Origin: Octopus sinensis
Lineage: Eukaryota
DNA: 64,000 bases
Assembly (NCBI RefSeq): GCF_006345805.1
Contig: NC_042999.1
Location: 52,390,001 to 52,454,000 of the forward strand
Direction of reading: 5' to 3'
Of the stretch, positions 38,745 through 51,430 are shown piece after piece. The notes below the pieces were generated by a model. It saw only the letters and a list, made by a program, of their open reading frames with translations, was not told the origin of the DNA and did no database searches. Each line of letters begins with the position of its first letter. The stretch's first letter is position 1. The translations under genes were made by a program, and so were the position numbers.

Positions 38745-41700
38745 TTATTGTCTTTGAACAGCTTTTAACGCTGGAGATTACTACGGTATCATCTGTTCAC
38801 TACCAGTGAACTAAGGTAACACCCCTTATTTTTCGAGCACCATCTGGAGTATTCGAACAGTTCCAAGCAGTGCAACTACTCCACACTTATGGCATCCCCT
38901 ATTTGTTCCATGTACGTCTCAAGATTTTTACTCACTGTTCCCAGGGCTCCGACAATTATTGGTACTACTACCACCTTTTTCAGCGACCACAACTGCTTAA
39001 CCTCCCAAGCTGACCTGTTATATCTATCAACTTTTCTTTATTCTTTATCGCATACCTTGTTGTCAGCTGGGCATGCTGTATCTATGATCCAGCATCGTTT
39101 GCTTTTTTTCTCAACTAATACTATGTCTAGTTTCCTATTCTCTATCTCATGGTCGCACTGAATCATAAAATCCAGTAGAATCTTTGCATTATCATTTTTG
39201 ATGATGCCTTCGGTTTATGTTCGTACAACTTTTTTGCTCTGTCAAATGCATACCTGTTGTAAAGTGTCCAATGGACAAGCCTAGCTATATTGTCATGACA
39301 TCACTCGTATTCTTTCTGGGCTAGTGGCGTACATTGACTGATAATATGCCATACGGCTTCACCATTTGGTCCACAAATTCTGCATTTATCACTTTCTGCT
39401 GCGTTGTCTACTCTGTATTTGATCTAATTGGTTCTTAATGCTTGTTGTTGCGAAGCATAGATTAGAGCCTCCGTTTCCGGTTTTAAATCACCTTGTCCAC
39501 AAATTCTGCACTTAGCACTTTATGGAGTTTTCTCTACTTTGTATTTGATGTAATTGGTTCTTAATGCTTGCTCTTGGACAACACCGATTAGAACCTCCGT
39601 TTCCAGTTTTAAATCCTTTTTAGTTATCCATAGCCACCTTTTCTCTCTGTCTGTCTCATCTTCAACATCTCTCTGAAATTGACCATGCATTCTTTTCTTT
39701 ACCCACCTATTTTCAGTTTCATTCATTCTCAAGTGCTTATACAGTGCTTTATCTTTGCAATCTTCCATCCTACGCAAGCCTGACCTTCTTCCAGTAATAG
39801 TGATTCTGTGAAATTTTTTACAGTTATATTATTTTTTCTAATGCTGTGTTCGCAACCAATTAGTCCTCTTCTCCCTCGTTTTCTTGGTGCATACAGTTTG
39901 CCTGTGTCACTAATTGGGTGGAGTATCCCATATCTTGTCAGCAACTTCCTTGTCTTTCTCTCAAAGCTATCTAGTACGTCTTCTGTCCATGCGATTACCC
40001 GTGCATGGAAAAATAACTCTCAAACACTGGGATGTCTACAATTTCCTGTGAGTATCTAAAATTTCCTTCAATATGACTGAAAGCTTGGGGAGGGGAGGTA
40101 GTGGATAATCTTCATGTAATACAGCACAGACATTTAAATGGACAGGGTTTTTCTAAGGATATAGGTAGCACTTGTCAGCACAATCTTTTGGATTTCTCTG
40201 AGACATGGTTCTCCTGGGATCTTATCTAGATGATTCTGACATCCCTTTTTTATCATACCTAGGGCATCAACAATAACAGGAACAGTTCTCACTTTAAGAT
40301 ACCACATCTTTTGTATTTCAATTTCCAGGTCCTTAAATTTACTTAGTTTTCCAAATTCCTTGACAGATATTTTTATCAGTGGGAATACTTACATCTACAA
40401 GTGTACAAGTCTTTCCTTCCTTGTCTTTAATAATTATATCTGGTCGATTAGCCTGGATCGTTCTGCCAGTGTTGACTTGAAAACCCCAGAGGATTGTGAA
40501 ATTTTTATCTTCAACGACTGGCTCAGGATGTTCATACCAGTAAATTATGTTCATACTAGTAAGCAGGAGTGCTGATTTTGTAGTGTTTACACATTTTCCA
40601 ATGTGAATACTCTTCTACCCTATAGTAAGGATTTTTATATTCGTTTGGTGCCAGCACAGAACATCCCCAAACGAGATAGTCTGTTGTTTCGTCAAATGTA
40701 TCGCAGAATCTGCATTTTGGGTCAGAACCGTTTTGAAGAACGTTAGCCTGGTAGATTTTTTTTGTGAGCAAGTTTTGGTCTTGTGCCACCAATATGAAAC
40801 CTTCAGTCTCTGATTTCAGTTCTGAACTTCTCAGCCACTGATAGGTTGTTGCTTGATCTACATCATCATTTTGAGTTCGAAGTATATACTATCCAAGCAG
40901 AAGCTTCTGGCTCCATCGCTCCTCAATTTGTTTCTGCTTGTTCTTTTTTGCAGTCTGCTTGATCCATTTTTGTGGCAGTGGTTTCAGGTTCTTAAAATAT
41001 TTCAGGATTAATGTCAAGTTCCCTTGCGAATTTTCAAGCTTCCTTGACAATAGAATGTGATTTTACGCTGCTTTCGTGTTTGCACACAAGTCGCAGCGTA
41101 CAGTGCTCTGTACTAGATAAATACCTGTTCAGTGATATTGTGAAGGTCTTATAGCACAGTTCTACCTACATCATTCCACTTCGTCCATTACTTCTAGCTA
41201 GGTACAGACGATCAACATCTGCTTTTGGGAGGTGCATGTTCTTAGAAGTTAGTAGTTTTCTTGTCTTCCTGTCTAGGTGTTGGGGCTCTGTAAGATTCCA
41301 GTTAATGATGTTAAAACTATATTGGACTATTTGAAGTGTCAGGGTGTTAATGGCTTCAATGCGATTTTTGGAGTTGAATTCAATTTTTAGTATGAGTCAT
41401 ACTCTCCTGTAATACTCCTTTCATATTATTTTATTTCATAGTAGCATGTTGTATACCTTCTCCTCCGTTTATCTCCAGGTATTTAAAAATTTTCTTGGGG
41501 GTCAAGTTCCTTGGTGGTAATGCTGGTATCTAATTTAATGGAAGCTGTTTGCCTGAACTTGCCTCTTACCAAAGTTGCTTCAGTACACTTATCAAGGCCA
41601 AAGTTCATTCCAATGTCATTGTTGAATTCTTTAACAGTTCTAAACTTAGATTTGTGTCCCTTAATATTAATTCTAGGCATTCTCAGTTTATAAGGTTCTG

Positions 41701-41780
41701 GTTTGTCTGCTATCTCATATTTTCCATTATGCCTGTGGCTATTAAGTTTATTCTCCTTAGGTTGTTGCTGTTTGTTACTT
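38745..41780 (-). mobile_element. Degraded R4/Dong-type elements (at least two pieces) ending at a (TTA)n tract
   Basis: Encodes ANRPDIIIKDKEGKTCTLVDVSIP, CRFCDTFDET and IGMNFGLDKC. The 39520-39777 ORF is paralogous to 26994-27188. Confidence 0.85.
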
Positions 41781-42181
41781 TATAGTTCTTAGTTATTTCA
41801 TTCTTAAGAAGGGAAGTGCATGAAGTAAGAAATGCTTAAATTATATAGGTTATCCGTTTTATCTGCATGCACCAGTCCTCCATTTTTATACCTTAGTTCT
41901 TTGGTAATTACATGTAATTTCCTTAAATGTTCATTCCCACATACTGGGAATTTCTTAAATTTAATATTCTTGACTATACACCACAGTCCATCCCCAGATG
42001 CCATCAATTACTGGCTTGGTGGTGGGTATTTCCTCATTTTATAAATCCTCTGTATCTGTGGAGTTTCTTCACTGATGCGATGATTGGAGTTTCATTCTTC
42101 TTATCAAAGAAGTAAGCTCTCCACCTCCATATATACATACATACATACATACACACATACATACATACATACATACATACA

Positions 42182-42241
<60 letters not shown>

Positions 42242-42390
42242 TAAGGGCTCCTAAAGGGCTCTTAATTTAGGAGCCCTTAATTGTATAACTACATGAATAA
42301 TATTTTTCTATATGAATAATATTTTTGTCTTATGACTAATTCGTCTTTTGTGCTGGGCACCTGGTAGTAAATAATATTACTACCCTTCTT

Positions 42391-42450
<60 letters not shown>

Positions 42451-42511
42451 AATTAAATCAAAAACAGAACACAAAGGATGTCGCGGTACACGTGTTTCAA
42501 GCTTTATAAAC

Positions 42512-42549
<38 letters not shown>

Positions 42550-42804
42550 CATACATATACATGTGTGTGAATATTGGTTGGCAGTTTATCGCTTTCTGCT
42601 GCCACTCATCAAATTTTGACGCAGTGGTATGTGAGATCTATGGAGTGTAATTTCAAATTGTAGTAACTGGATTTCAACGGGTAGTTACTGGATTTCTGGT
42701 ATTGATATCCATTAATATTAACCTCATTCAGCTGTTATTCAAAATATCCACTTCAGACAAAGACAAATATAGAATTATGGAATGAAAATGTGAAATTATC
42801 TTAC

Positions 42805-42895
42805 CGTATAGTTCGGCATATCTATGTTCTCTGTACATTGCAAATACAAAGGTGACATATCAAAAGCTCTTACAAGTGTAGTACTACGTTTAAAC
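42805..42895 (-). CDS. Gene B exon 9, 91 bp (equivalent to human exons 10+11 fused): (W)FKRSTTLVRAFDMSPLYLQCTENIDMPNYT
   Basis: Acceptor ttttgttttag| and donor ACG|gtaaga. Contains the AF...P.YL flexible-loop motif with the Tyr332-equivalent. Confidence 0.9.
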
Positions 42896-43099
42896 CTAAA
42901 ACAAAAATCAGTAAATTATATTCTACTCAACGCATGAAATATTCTAAATCTCATCTATTTAATACTTCCGAATATAGTTGTTATTCATACACTTTTTCAT
43001 ATTTTACACTTTTTCTATATCTTACACTTTTTGGATGTAATGAGGTAAATAGCGCAGCAATGATGTCTAGAAACTGGAAGACTATCGAACTGGAATTGT

Positions 43100-46000
43100 T
43101 CCCCATAGCTTGGTTCATAGCCGAACATTATTCGCCCGGTAACCTCATTGCGGTAGTGCGGAAAAGCAATGTAATTACCATAACAATGGCGCAAATAGAG
43201 CAGAAAAAGATTGAATTTATCTGCTCCTCTGCACTTATTAGGCAACACTTTGACAAACGCGAAACCGTTTTTAAAAACTGGCGATTTTCCATGTGAAACA
43301 CCTGACACAATTCTGGCATCTCACGGGGTAAACCTGATAAGGAAGGTAACAACAGCAACAAGACAACTATCGACAAGGAAATTCATATGCATAGAGATGC
43401 AAATATTGAATAAGTAAATGAAAAAAAAACTTCCTAAGAGAAGCAGCCCCAACACCACCTCTCAAAGTAGCAGAAAAGGAAAAGTAACCAGCTGTCAAAG
43501 ATAAAAAGAAAACTGCAGGAAGAACAGCAAAAGAAAGATCCAATGTAAAAGGTGTCTGCTAGCATGGAGAGATGGGGACAAACTACTGCTTTGTGCATCC
43601 AAGGCTCAGGTAGAATGGAACCCACAGTAAAAACCACTCTTCACTCAGCTAACAAGACAGAATAAAATCACGCCAAGAGCGATTCATATCCGAAGACACA
43701 CCTGCAAAGAATACCACAAAATCTGTGTGCAGATACAGTGCGAGCTGCAATATTACAACAGCAAATTGTTTTAAGTTTATCAGAAAAGACTGCGCAGTGG
43801 CTGACAAGGCTGAAAACAAAACAAAGCCATGCACGTTCAAACACAAGACCGTTACAAATAATAACGACTTGTAGGTATGCGGTATTTCGTCATGCAACCA
43901 TAACACAATATAAATCATATTAACGTTTTTATAAGTCAACTAGCACTATGATCCAGCAACGCCGGGTCATAGTGCTAGTGCATGCATATACAACTGCGTG
44001 CGTGCGCACATACACGCGAGTACTGTCCAAATCTCCGACCAATCACATACAGCTAGCTGGCATTCAATTGGCGTATAAAGTTTCAGGCATTTTGATTGGG
44101 TTTTGGATAGAAAATTCACAAAAGAGTAACTTCTATTGATTTTTTAATGGCTTTGCGGGGTGACTGGGGAAATGTAAAGATATGCACGACCACCCTTGGG
44201 CGGTTTTGAATAACCATAGAAAGTGCGAGCCCTCTAACTGAAATATTGTGGATTTGTATAAAGGACACACACACACACACACACACACACATTTTGCCGT
44301 TTATATATATAGATGCCGCGTTCTACTGTGCGCTTTTTCATGCCTTGTTAACGTTATCTCTACAGTTATTCTAGAGAAACTGCAGCCAGAACTGATGTTT
44401 TTTTTACTAAGTTTCGTATCAAGACGTCAGATGTAAACAAACAATGAGATCGAAACCTTTCATCATCCTCGAACACATTTGCTTAAATAGCCACAATATA
44501 TACCAGTGGCTAGTTACTGGATTTATCAGTTTTACATATTAAACTCATTCCCGGAAGATGGTGCGTAAATACTAATGACTTTTTCATGTTCGATCTCATT
44601 ATTTGTTTACATCTGACATCTCGGATACGAAACGTTGTAACGAAAATCAATGCTGGCAAGAGATTCTATAGAATATCTACAGAGAAAAGCCTTACCAAGT
44701 AATGTAAAACGCACTGCTGCTAACACAGTAGAATACGGTATTAACCTATAAAACCGTTTAATATACGTTATAGTATGGTTGTATAACGAAATACCACGTG
44801 CCTATAAGGCATTAATATTTACGTTCCAGAAATACTAACAAAACTAGATCAATGCATAAATGTGTTTCTCGTGGGTGATTTGAACCTTTCCAACAGCAAA
44901 TGGAAGGAAGGCATCATAATCTCAGGAATGACAAGCAAAGAGCGCAGCCAAGCAGATTCTCTGTTTGATATCACGGAAATGATGTTCCCTATCCAGTTTG
45001 AATTTTGCAAGTTCAAACTTTTTGCAAGTCAATTGAAACATAGATACTCCAGCAAAATTGGCAAAAAGCGTCTTTCTATGCAAGACATGAACATGAAGCT
45101 TAAAGAATTCATGACAATTACGTCATATGCGTTAAATTCGTCCCAGAAAAGAGAGCCAACACATAAATAAACATCATTCTCCTTTCATGATAAGGAGAAT
45201 AAAGATCTCTAATAACTGAAATAAACAACTTAATGTTAGTTCAAGCAGAACGGAACCCAGGTCAAAACTACTCTCCACTCAGCCAACAAGATAGGATAAA
45301 ATTCATATCCTAGCACACACCTCGTAGAGATCGAAAATAATCTCAGATACTCCTATCAAAAAGAAAGAGAGGAAAGAGAAACCAGTGTGGTGGAAAATAT
45401 AGAAATGAATCCTAAAGCCTTCTACAAGGAAGAATCTGTCTCAGTGCTCTACATGATAGGGCCACAGTTTGAAGAGAACGGCTCACTAACTGCAGACCCC
45501 AGGAGGATAAGTGTGCTGCTACATAAAAAATTCCAAAGTGTCTTGATCTCTTCACTGGGAAATATGCAAATAAGCGAGGTCTTATGGATTTTCAACGTTG
45601 CAAATCCACACGGAAAGAGTTGCAACCATCGATTACATCGCCATAAATGAGAAAGATGCAATATTGGCCATTGATGAGATAAGCTCGAACTTATCAACCG
45701 ACCCAGACAGATATCCGGCTGTTCTTTTAAATACATGCAAGAAAGCCCTCGCATCAGAGTTTCCTTGCAGGTTGTAAAATTCCCAAACTATGAAAAGAAG
45801 ATATGATATGCCCTGTCCATAAACGAGATAGTAGAGGAGATGTTAAAAATTACAGGCCTATCTCTCTAGCTGCACATATTAGCAAGGTCATGAAAAGCAT
45901 TGTCAGAAGGTGACTGATCACTTTCCTGGAAGGATTTAACTTAATCACAAACATGCAACGTAGCTTCTGTCCAGGAACAAGCTGCTTCATACAACTACTA

Positions 46001-47290
46001 CAGTATTGGAAAATTACTATTTTTAAATCTTACAACGTGAGATATTCAGCAACAGTACTTTGCAGTAAAGATTGTTTGCCAATATATTATGGCAGTCCTA
46101 GTTTAGGACGAATGTTACTGTAATTTAGCCCCTGAGGACATCGTCTCCAGCTGGTTATACGGCACGATCTGTGTCCTTATATTTTCGAACATGGGAATCT
46201 AGCACCCCCACTCAGCTCAAAACAATATCCCTAAACCAGGACTGCCATGTTATGTTGGCAAACAATTTTTACTACTACAGCACTATGACTGAGTACTAAA
46301 ACAACAACTCAACCTATGTCAATTGTAGATGTGATATTGCTCGATTTTGCCAAAACTATCCTCAAAGTTTGATCATGAGATATGTTACAAACTGCGTGAC
46401 CTTGGTGTCACTGGAAAATTAGGAGTGTAGTTGCATGACTTTAAAAATGCCAGAAGTTAGTTGTTGTTAATGGTGCCCTATTTCAGGGGACATCAATTAC
46501 CAGTGGAGATCCCCAGGGAACTATACTACTGTTTGTGATGAGTCTGTCAGACATACAGACAGTCACTTTCCCCATCTATACTGATGATACAAAAGTATCA
46601 GATCAAGGTGTTTGATGACATCCTAAGAAACTGCAGAAATACCTGAATGTGACATGAAGGTGGGCTGAAGAAAATAAAGTTCAGTTCAATACTGAGAAGT
46701 TTGAAGCACCCTACTGCCTGCCCGCCAACAGACCACGATCGGAATACACAGGATCGGAGGATAGTGCAATCGTCTGGGAGTCCACATGAGTAATACTGCA
46801 ACATTTCATTTGCATATTACCAAGATAGCAACACTGTATCGGAGAGTAGCTGGATGGGTTTTGAGATCATTCAGAACAAAAAAATAAAAGATTACCAAGC
46901 TACTCTGATCGAGAATCTTCGTTGTCAGTTACTTGCTCCTATCTGTGGTCACCGTAGAACGTAAAACTGGTGGTGGAACTCGAGGCAATCCAATGCCATT
47001 ACACAAAAAATATTGACTAGCTGAAACAGATGATCCAATCATTAGGAAGAAGGCTTGAAAGATATACAATGACATACATATGGAAGAGCCTTGAAATTGA
47101 AAGCTATATCAGACACCGGACGGAACGACACTGCATAGTAACAAAGATCTCGTCTCCTCCATTTTAAATAAGGACGCAATATTGCAACAGTCTGGATTTC
47201 GAGGGTCCACAACTATTCAACATTCTGCCAAACGATTTCAGAGATTTTCAAGGTGTAGATATGGAGGTCTTTTCGAAGAACATCTGACAA
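43100..47290 (+). mobile_element. Old degraded CR1/L2-group LINE (ORF1 remnant, APE end, RT) with nested insertions
   Basis: Encodes FLVGDLNL (44862), YRPISL (about 45850), VILLDFAK (about 46330), GDPQG and YTDD, with many indels. Confidence 0.78.
43872..44804. mobile_element. Non-autonomous DNA element with diverged TIRs of about 60 bp, nested in the LINE; it contains a second inverted pair (44411-44454 and 44589-44633)
   Basis: taggtatgcggtatttcgtcatgcaaccata... pairs with ...tatggttgtataacgaaataccacgtgccta. Confidence 0.7.
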
Positions 47291-47334
47291 AGTTTTATCT
47301 GAGGAGATAGAGAGAAGAGACTTGTTATTATATC

Positions 47335-47570
47335 TGTTTTCTTTATTACCCACACGGGTTTAAACATAGGGAACCAAACAAGGACAGGCACTACGGATTA
47401 AGTCGATTACATCGACCCCGTGCGTAACTGGTACTTAATTTAATATCGACCCCGAAAGGATGAGGCAAAGTGACCTCCGGCGAATGTTGAACTCAGAACG
47501 TAACGGACAGACGAATACGGCTATGGATTTCATTCACCGGCTTGCTAACATTCTGCCCTCTCGCCGCCTT
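47335..47570 (-). mobile_element. SINE family B, an indel-rich copy
   Basis: Reverse complement of the 55630 copy with several 1-nt indels. Confidence 0.85.
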
Positions 47571-47599
47571 CAGATTGTTATTAATTAATCATTATTGTT

Positions 47600-48420
47600 G
47601 GGGCTGGGCTCAGGTTCGTCTTATTCCTTGTAGGAACTATGTGGAGTATCCACAAGTTTCACAGTCTTTCACTTCTTAGAACCCTTCTGATACCTTGCTG
47701 TCCCTTAAGAGAAAACTTTTCTGAGGACTCTACTGGGCAATTCTATTTCAATTTCCTGTAAGCCATTTGTCTATATCTCGCTTACTCTTCCCAACGCACC
47801 ATTATTCAGCCACGACCTTTATTTGTTCTCATGCTCCAAATTCTTCCTATTTCAAGTTTTAAGGGATTGTATTCTCTTTGTTTTTCTTCCTCTTCCTATA
47901 CGTTCCTAGAATCAAATGGTCACGATGAGTCGATAAGTAAGCAACTCCGCTTTTCTATATCTATAAGTGTTATATCAGGTCTATTATTTTCTAAATTCTT
48001 GTCCATTTGAATAGAAAAATCTTACATTTCTCCGACCCAGGTACCCTTTCGATTGGTACCATGTGTTTCCAGCTTCAAATCCTCATTTCTAGCACAATTT
48101 CTGATCACGCCTTGTTCTTGAGCTGCGCATATAAATGCTTCAGTTCCCATCTCCAGGTCACTCCTCCCTCCAGCTGTGTTCTGTATCTGTCTTCTGTATC
48201 TGTTTCGATGCAATCGTAGCAACTGATCACACATATTCAACCCTTTCTTCTGGACAAGTAAAGCCTATCGTTGTCACTTTTAGTGTGGAAGGCTCCGCGT
48301 TCTGTCAACATTTTCTTCATTTTGTATCTGTTTTCATCAGTTCTTTCTTTTGCCATTTTATAATTCCAGCTCCTTACCGAAGTGGTGCTATCGACCATGT
48401 AGTAACTGCTTGGATTTTAT
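47600..48420 (-). mobile_element. R4/Dong-type 3' fragment (CCHC/REL region)
   Basis: Encodes ETEAFICAAQEQ and the RPD/IDI...SDS...GALG...DKWL C-terminal motifs, degraded. Confidence 0.7.
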
Positions 48421-49677
48421 CCCATCTGCTTAATTTTGAACGCAACATTAAGGTTACAAAAGGTATATGTATCACAGCCATATGTGCGTGACATGGTGAT
48501 TTCATATCAAGCTAAATAGTGCCTGACCTTGCATGTAGAACCCAGTTAGAATTTTCCTCAGTTTGAGTAGCCCATCATGCTCAAAAGGTCATTGAATAAG
48601 GGTTGATAAAGGATGATGAACGACACACCCATGTTTCCAGAGGTGAATTATTCAAATTCCAAAGATTTCCTCTCAACACATGGCTATAATGATCTGCAAC
48701 CACTTCTGCTTGTGATCAGAGATGCACGTATCATCAGCCATTGAGGGACCTGCTTAACTGATTAAGGTCAAACAACTGACCTGCAAGTCTGTGGTATTGA
48801 GCAGAATATTTGCTGTAGCTCATCTTTTATACCAAGGCAAAACATGTACATGATAACACTTCCAATCAGTTTAGTTCAAAAGCCATGAAAGTTACTGCCT
48901 GCTATTGTATCAGATTATCATTATGTTTATCATTATTTTGTTCTATAATTGATATTACTGTTATTATACGCATTGTGTCACACCTCTTGCAAAGTTTATA
49001 TGTGGAATTCCTCCCTCTGAAACTTTTGTATTAATTTCCTACATACCTTTTTCGTAGCTAATGCTTTTTTCTGTATCTGTTTCAACAAATAAAATTACCA
49101 TTCAGGTTTAAGCTGTAGGGTGATACACAAGCATTAAATTATCAGTGCATTGTATCGTATGGCTGAAACAGTAGTAAGCTAATGAAATGCATGACATAAT
49201 TTCCTTTCCTTTGTCATTTTAATTTCCCATGTGTTTTTGTGTATGTGTGTGTGTGTGTGTGTGTGTTTCTTCTTCTTGCGCGCACGAATGTTTGTGTGTG
49301 TGAATAGGTATGTATATACGTACGTATATATACTTATATATGCAAGCATGTGTGTATGTATGTATGTATGTGTATATGTATGTATGTATGCATGTGTGTA
49401 TATGTGTGTATGTGTGTATGTATGAGTGTATATGCGTGTTATGTTTCTAAAAAAAAAAATTAAATTAAATGGACGTAATTTCCCCCAATTTCTTCTCGAT
49501 CGAAATTTACCATTATATTTTGAGTGTATCGATGTTTATTTCCGGATTTTTGATGAATGACTAGAAAATTTATTTTCATGAAGATTAAAAAAAAAGTGAA
49601 TATTTAGTTTGCTTTCGACTTTCAGAATTTTTTATGAAAAGACAATTTGGATTTAATAGCACATTAGTGAAACATCT

Positions 49678-50050
49678 GTGGAGGCGCAATGGCCCAGTGG
49701 TTAGGGCAGCGGACTCGCGGTTTCGATTCCCAGACCGGGCGTTGTGAGTGTTTATTGAGCGAAAACACCTAAAGCTCCACGAGGCTCCGGCAGGGATGGT
49801 GGTGATCCCTGCTGTACTCTTTCACCACAACTTCTCTCACTCTTACTTCCTGTTTCTGTTGTACCTGTATTCAAAGGGCCGGCCTTGTCACTCTTGTGTC
49901 ACGCTGAATATCCCCGAGAACTACGTTAAGGGTACACGTGTCTGTGGAGTGCTCAGCCACTTACACGTTAATTTCACGAGCAGGCTGTTCCGTTGATCGG
50001 ATCAACCGGAACCCTCGTCGTCGGAACCGACGGAGTGCTTCCATCCATCC
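49678..50050 (+). mobile_element. tRNA-derived SINE family C (gtggaggcgcaatggcccagtgg...) with a 12-bp TSD
   Basis: TSD agtgaaacatct at 49666-49677 and 50051-50062. B-box gtttcgattcc is present. Confidence 0.92.
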
Positions 50051-50070
50051 AGTGAAACATCTTATCGCCT

Positions 50071-50315
50071 CTTTCTGTTGTGTCTTGGAAGAGTCATTTT
50101 CTTTTTGTGCCTTATATGATATAACACACTCACCGGTAAAATCTAAGGCACACTCACCGGTAAAATCTAAGGCACACTCACCGGTAGAATCTAAGGCACA
50201 CTCACCGGTAAAATTATAAGGCACAAAAAGAAAATGACTCTCCCCAGACACAACAGAATATGCTTCAACACACGAACTCATATAAAGAATCTTGCAAACC
50301 AAATCCCAAAACGAA
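50071..50315. mobile_element. Short element with inverted segments, an internal 24-bp tandem repeat (4 copies) and a 12-bp TSD
   Basis: TSD atcttatcgcct at 50059-50070 and 50316-50327. The repeat unit is cactcaccggtaaaatctaaggca. Related sequence lies at about 56340-56520 and 62165-62230. Confidence 0.85.
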
Positions 50316-50400
50316 ATCTTATCGCCTGTTTTCGCTAAAATAATGTTTCACACAAACAGATAAATTGATTGAAATTTAGTAATGCTTGCTTCTAACTTAC

Positions 50401-50495
50401 CTCTACGCCGTTCATTAGATAATTATATTCGGGACATATTAAAGCATTTCCTGCATATGAAGCCTCGACATGCAACCATATTTTGTGTTCCCGGC
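50401..50495 (-). CDS. Gene B exon 7, 95 bp: (C)[31 protein letters not shown]
   Basis: Acceptor ttcag| and donor GAG|gtaagt. Carries the WLHVxAxYAG motif with Glu (GAG) in place of the usual Asp. The 95-bp length matches human DDC. Confidence 0.95.
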
Positions 50496-50539
50496 CTGAA
50501 AAACAATGCGTTGCCATACAGTTCTGTATTTAAGAGATA

Positions 50540-50732
50540 AGGAATTATGTACATTATTTAGATTATTTACATTTGACGGATATTTATTCTCATCTAGTTT
50601 ATTATTAACACAATATTTCGGCTGATATACTCTCCTGCCTTCATCGGGTGTCTTGGGGAAATTTCGAACCTGGGTTCTTATTCCTAAGGTATTTTTCGAT
50701 AGTATTATTATTATTATTATTATTATTATCAA

Positions 50733-50780
<48 letters not shown>

Positions 50781-50785
50781 CAATA

Positions 50786-50826
<41 letters not shown>

Positions 50827-51022
50827 CATATTATTATTATTATTATATTATTATTATCAATATTATTATTATTATTATTATTATTATTTATTATTATTAT
50901 TATTATTATTATCATTATTATTATTATTATAATTATCATTATTATTATTATTATTATAATTATTATTATTATTATTATCATTATTATTATTATCATTATT
51001 ATTATTATTATCATTATTATTA

Positions 51023-51079
<57 letters not shown>

Positions 51080-51238
51080 TCACTGCCTGGAATAGAATTC
51101 GGAATTTTGGGTTTAGTAGCCCGCGCTCTTAACCACTACGCTCGTAGGCAATTATGGAGTAAATTTTAGGGCTTGTGGGTAATGGTTAAGAGCGCGGGCT
51201 ATTAACCCCAAGATTCCGAGTTCAATTCCAGGTAGTGA

Positions 51239-51288
<50 letters not shown>

Positions 51289-51430
51289 TCGAAAAATACC
51301 TTAGGAATGAGAACCCAGGTTCGAAATTTCCCTCAAGACATTTGTTGAAGGCTGGAGGTTATATCAGCCGAAACGTAGTGTTAACAACAAACAAGATGAG
51401 GACAAATATCTGTCAAATGTAAATAATGTA
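50540..51430. mobile_element. Two divergent (head-to-head) copies of a composite element: tRNA-like head, (TAA)n, and a tail with a hammerhead-like motif
   Basis: Heads lie at about 51075-51140 (-) and 51178-51243 (+). The tails share catcgaaaaataccttaggaatgagaacccaggttcgaaatttccc in inverted orientation. Confidence 0.85.

Noticed and set aside
44504-44571. Exactly 68-bp AG...TG|GT segment as gene B exon 8
   Set aside because: It contains an in-frame TGA and shows no similarity to the family.
44696-44745. 50-bp phase-compatible AG/GT segment (VNTVFYCVSSSAFYITW) as gene B exon 8
   Set aside because: It has no Lys or HK motif and no similarity to the family, and it lies inside a TIR element nested in a LINE.
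49017-49162. Exon-like AG/GT segments near 49050-49160
   Set aside because: They have wrong phases or stops and no decarboxylase similarity.
51075-51243. tRNA-like sequences here and at the SINE heads as tRNA genes
   Set aside because: They have A/B-box-like motifs but no complete cloverleaf that I could verify, and they continue into repeat bodies.
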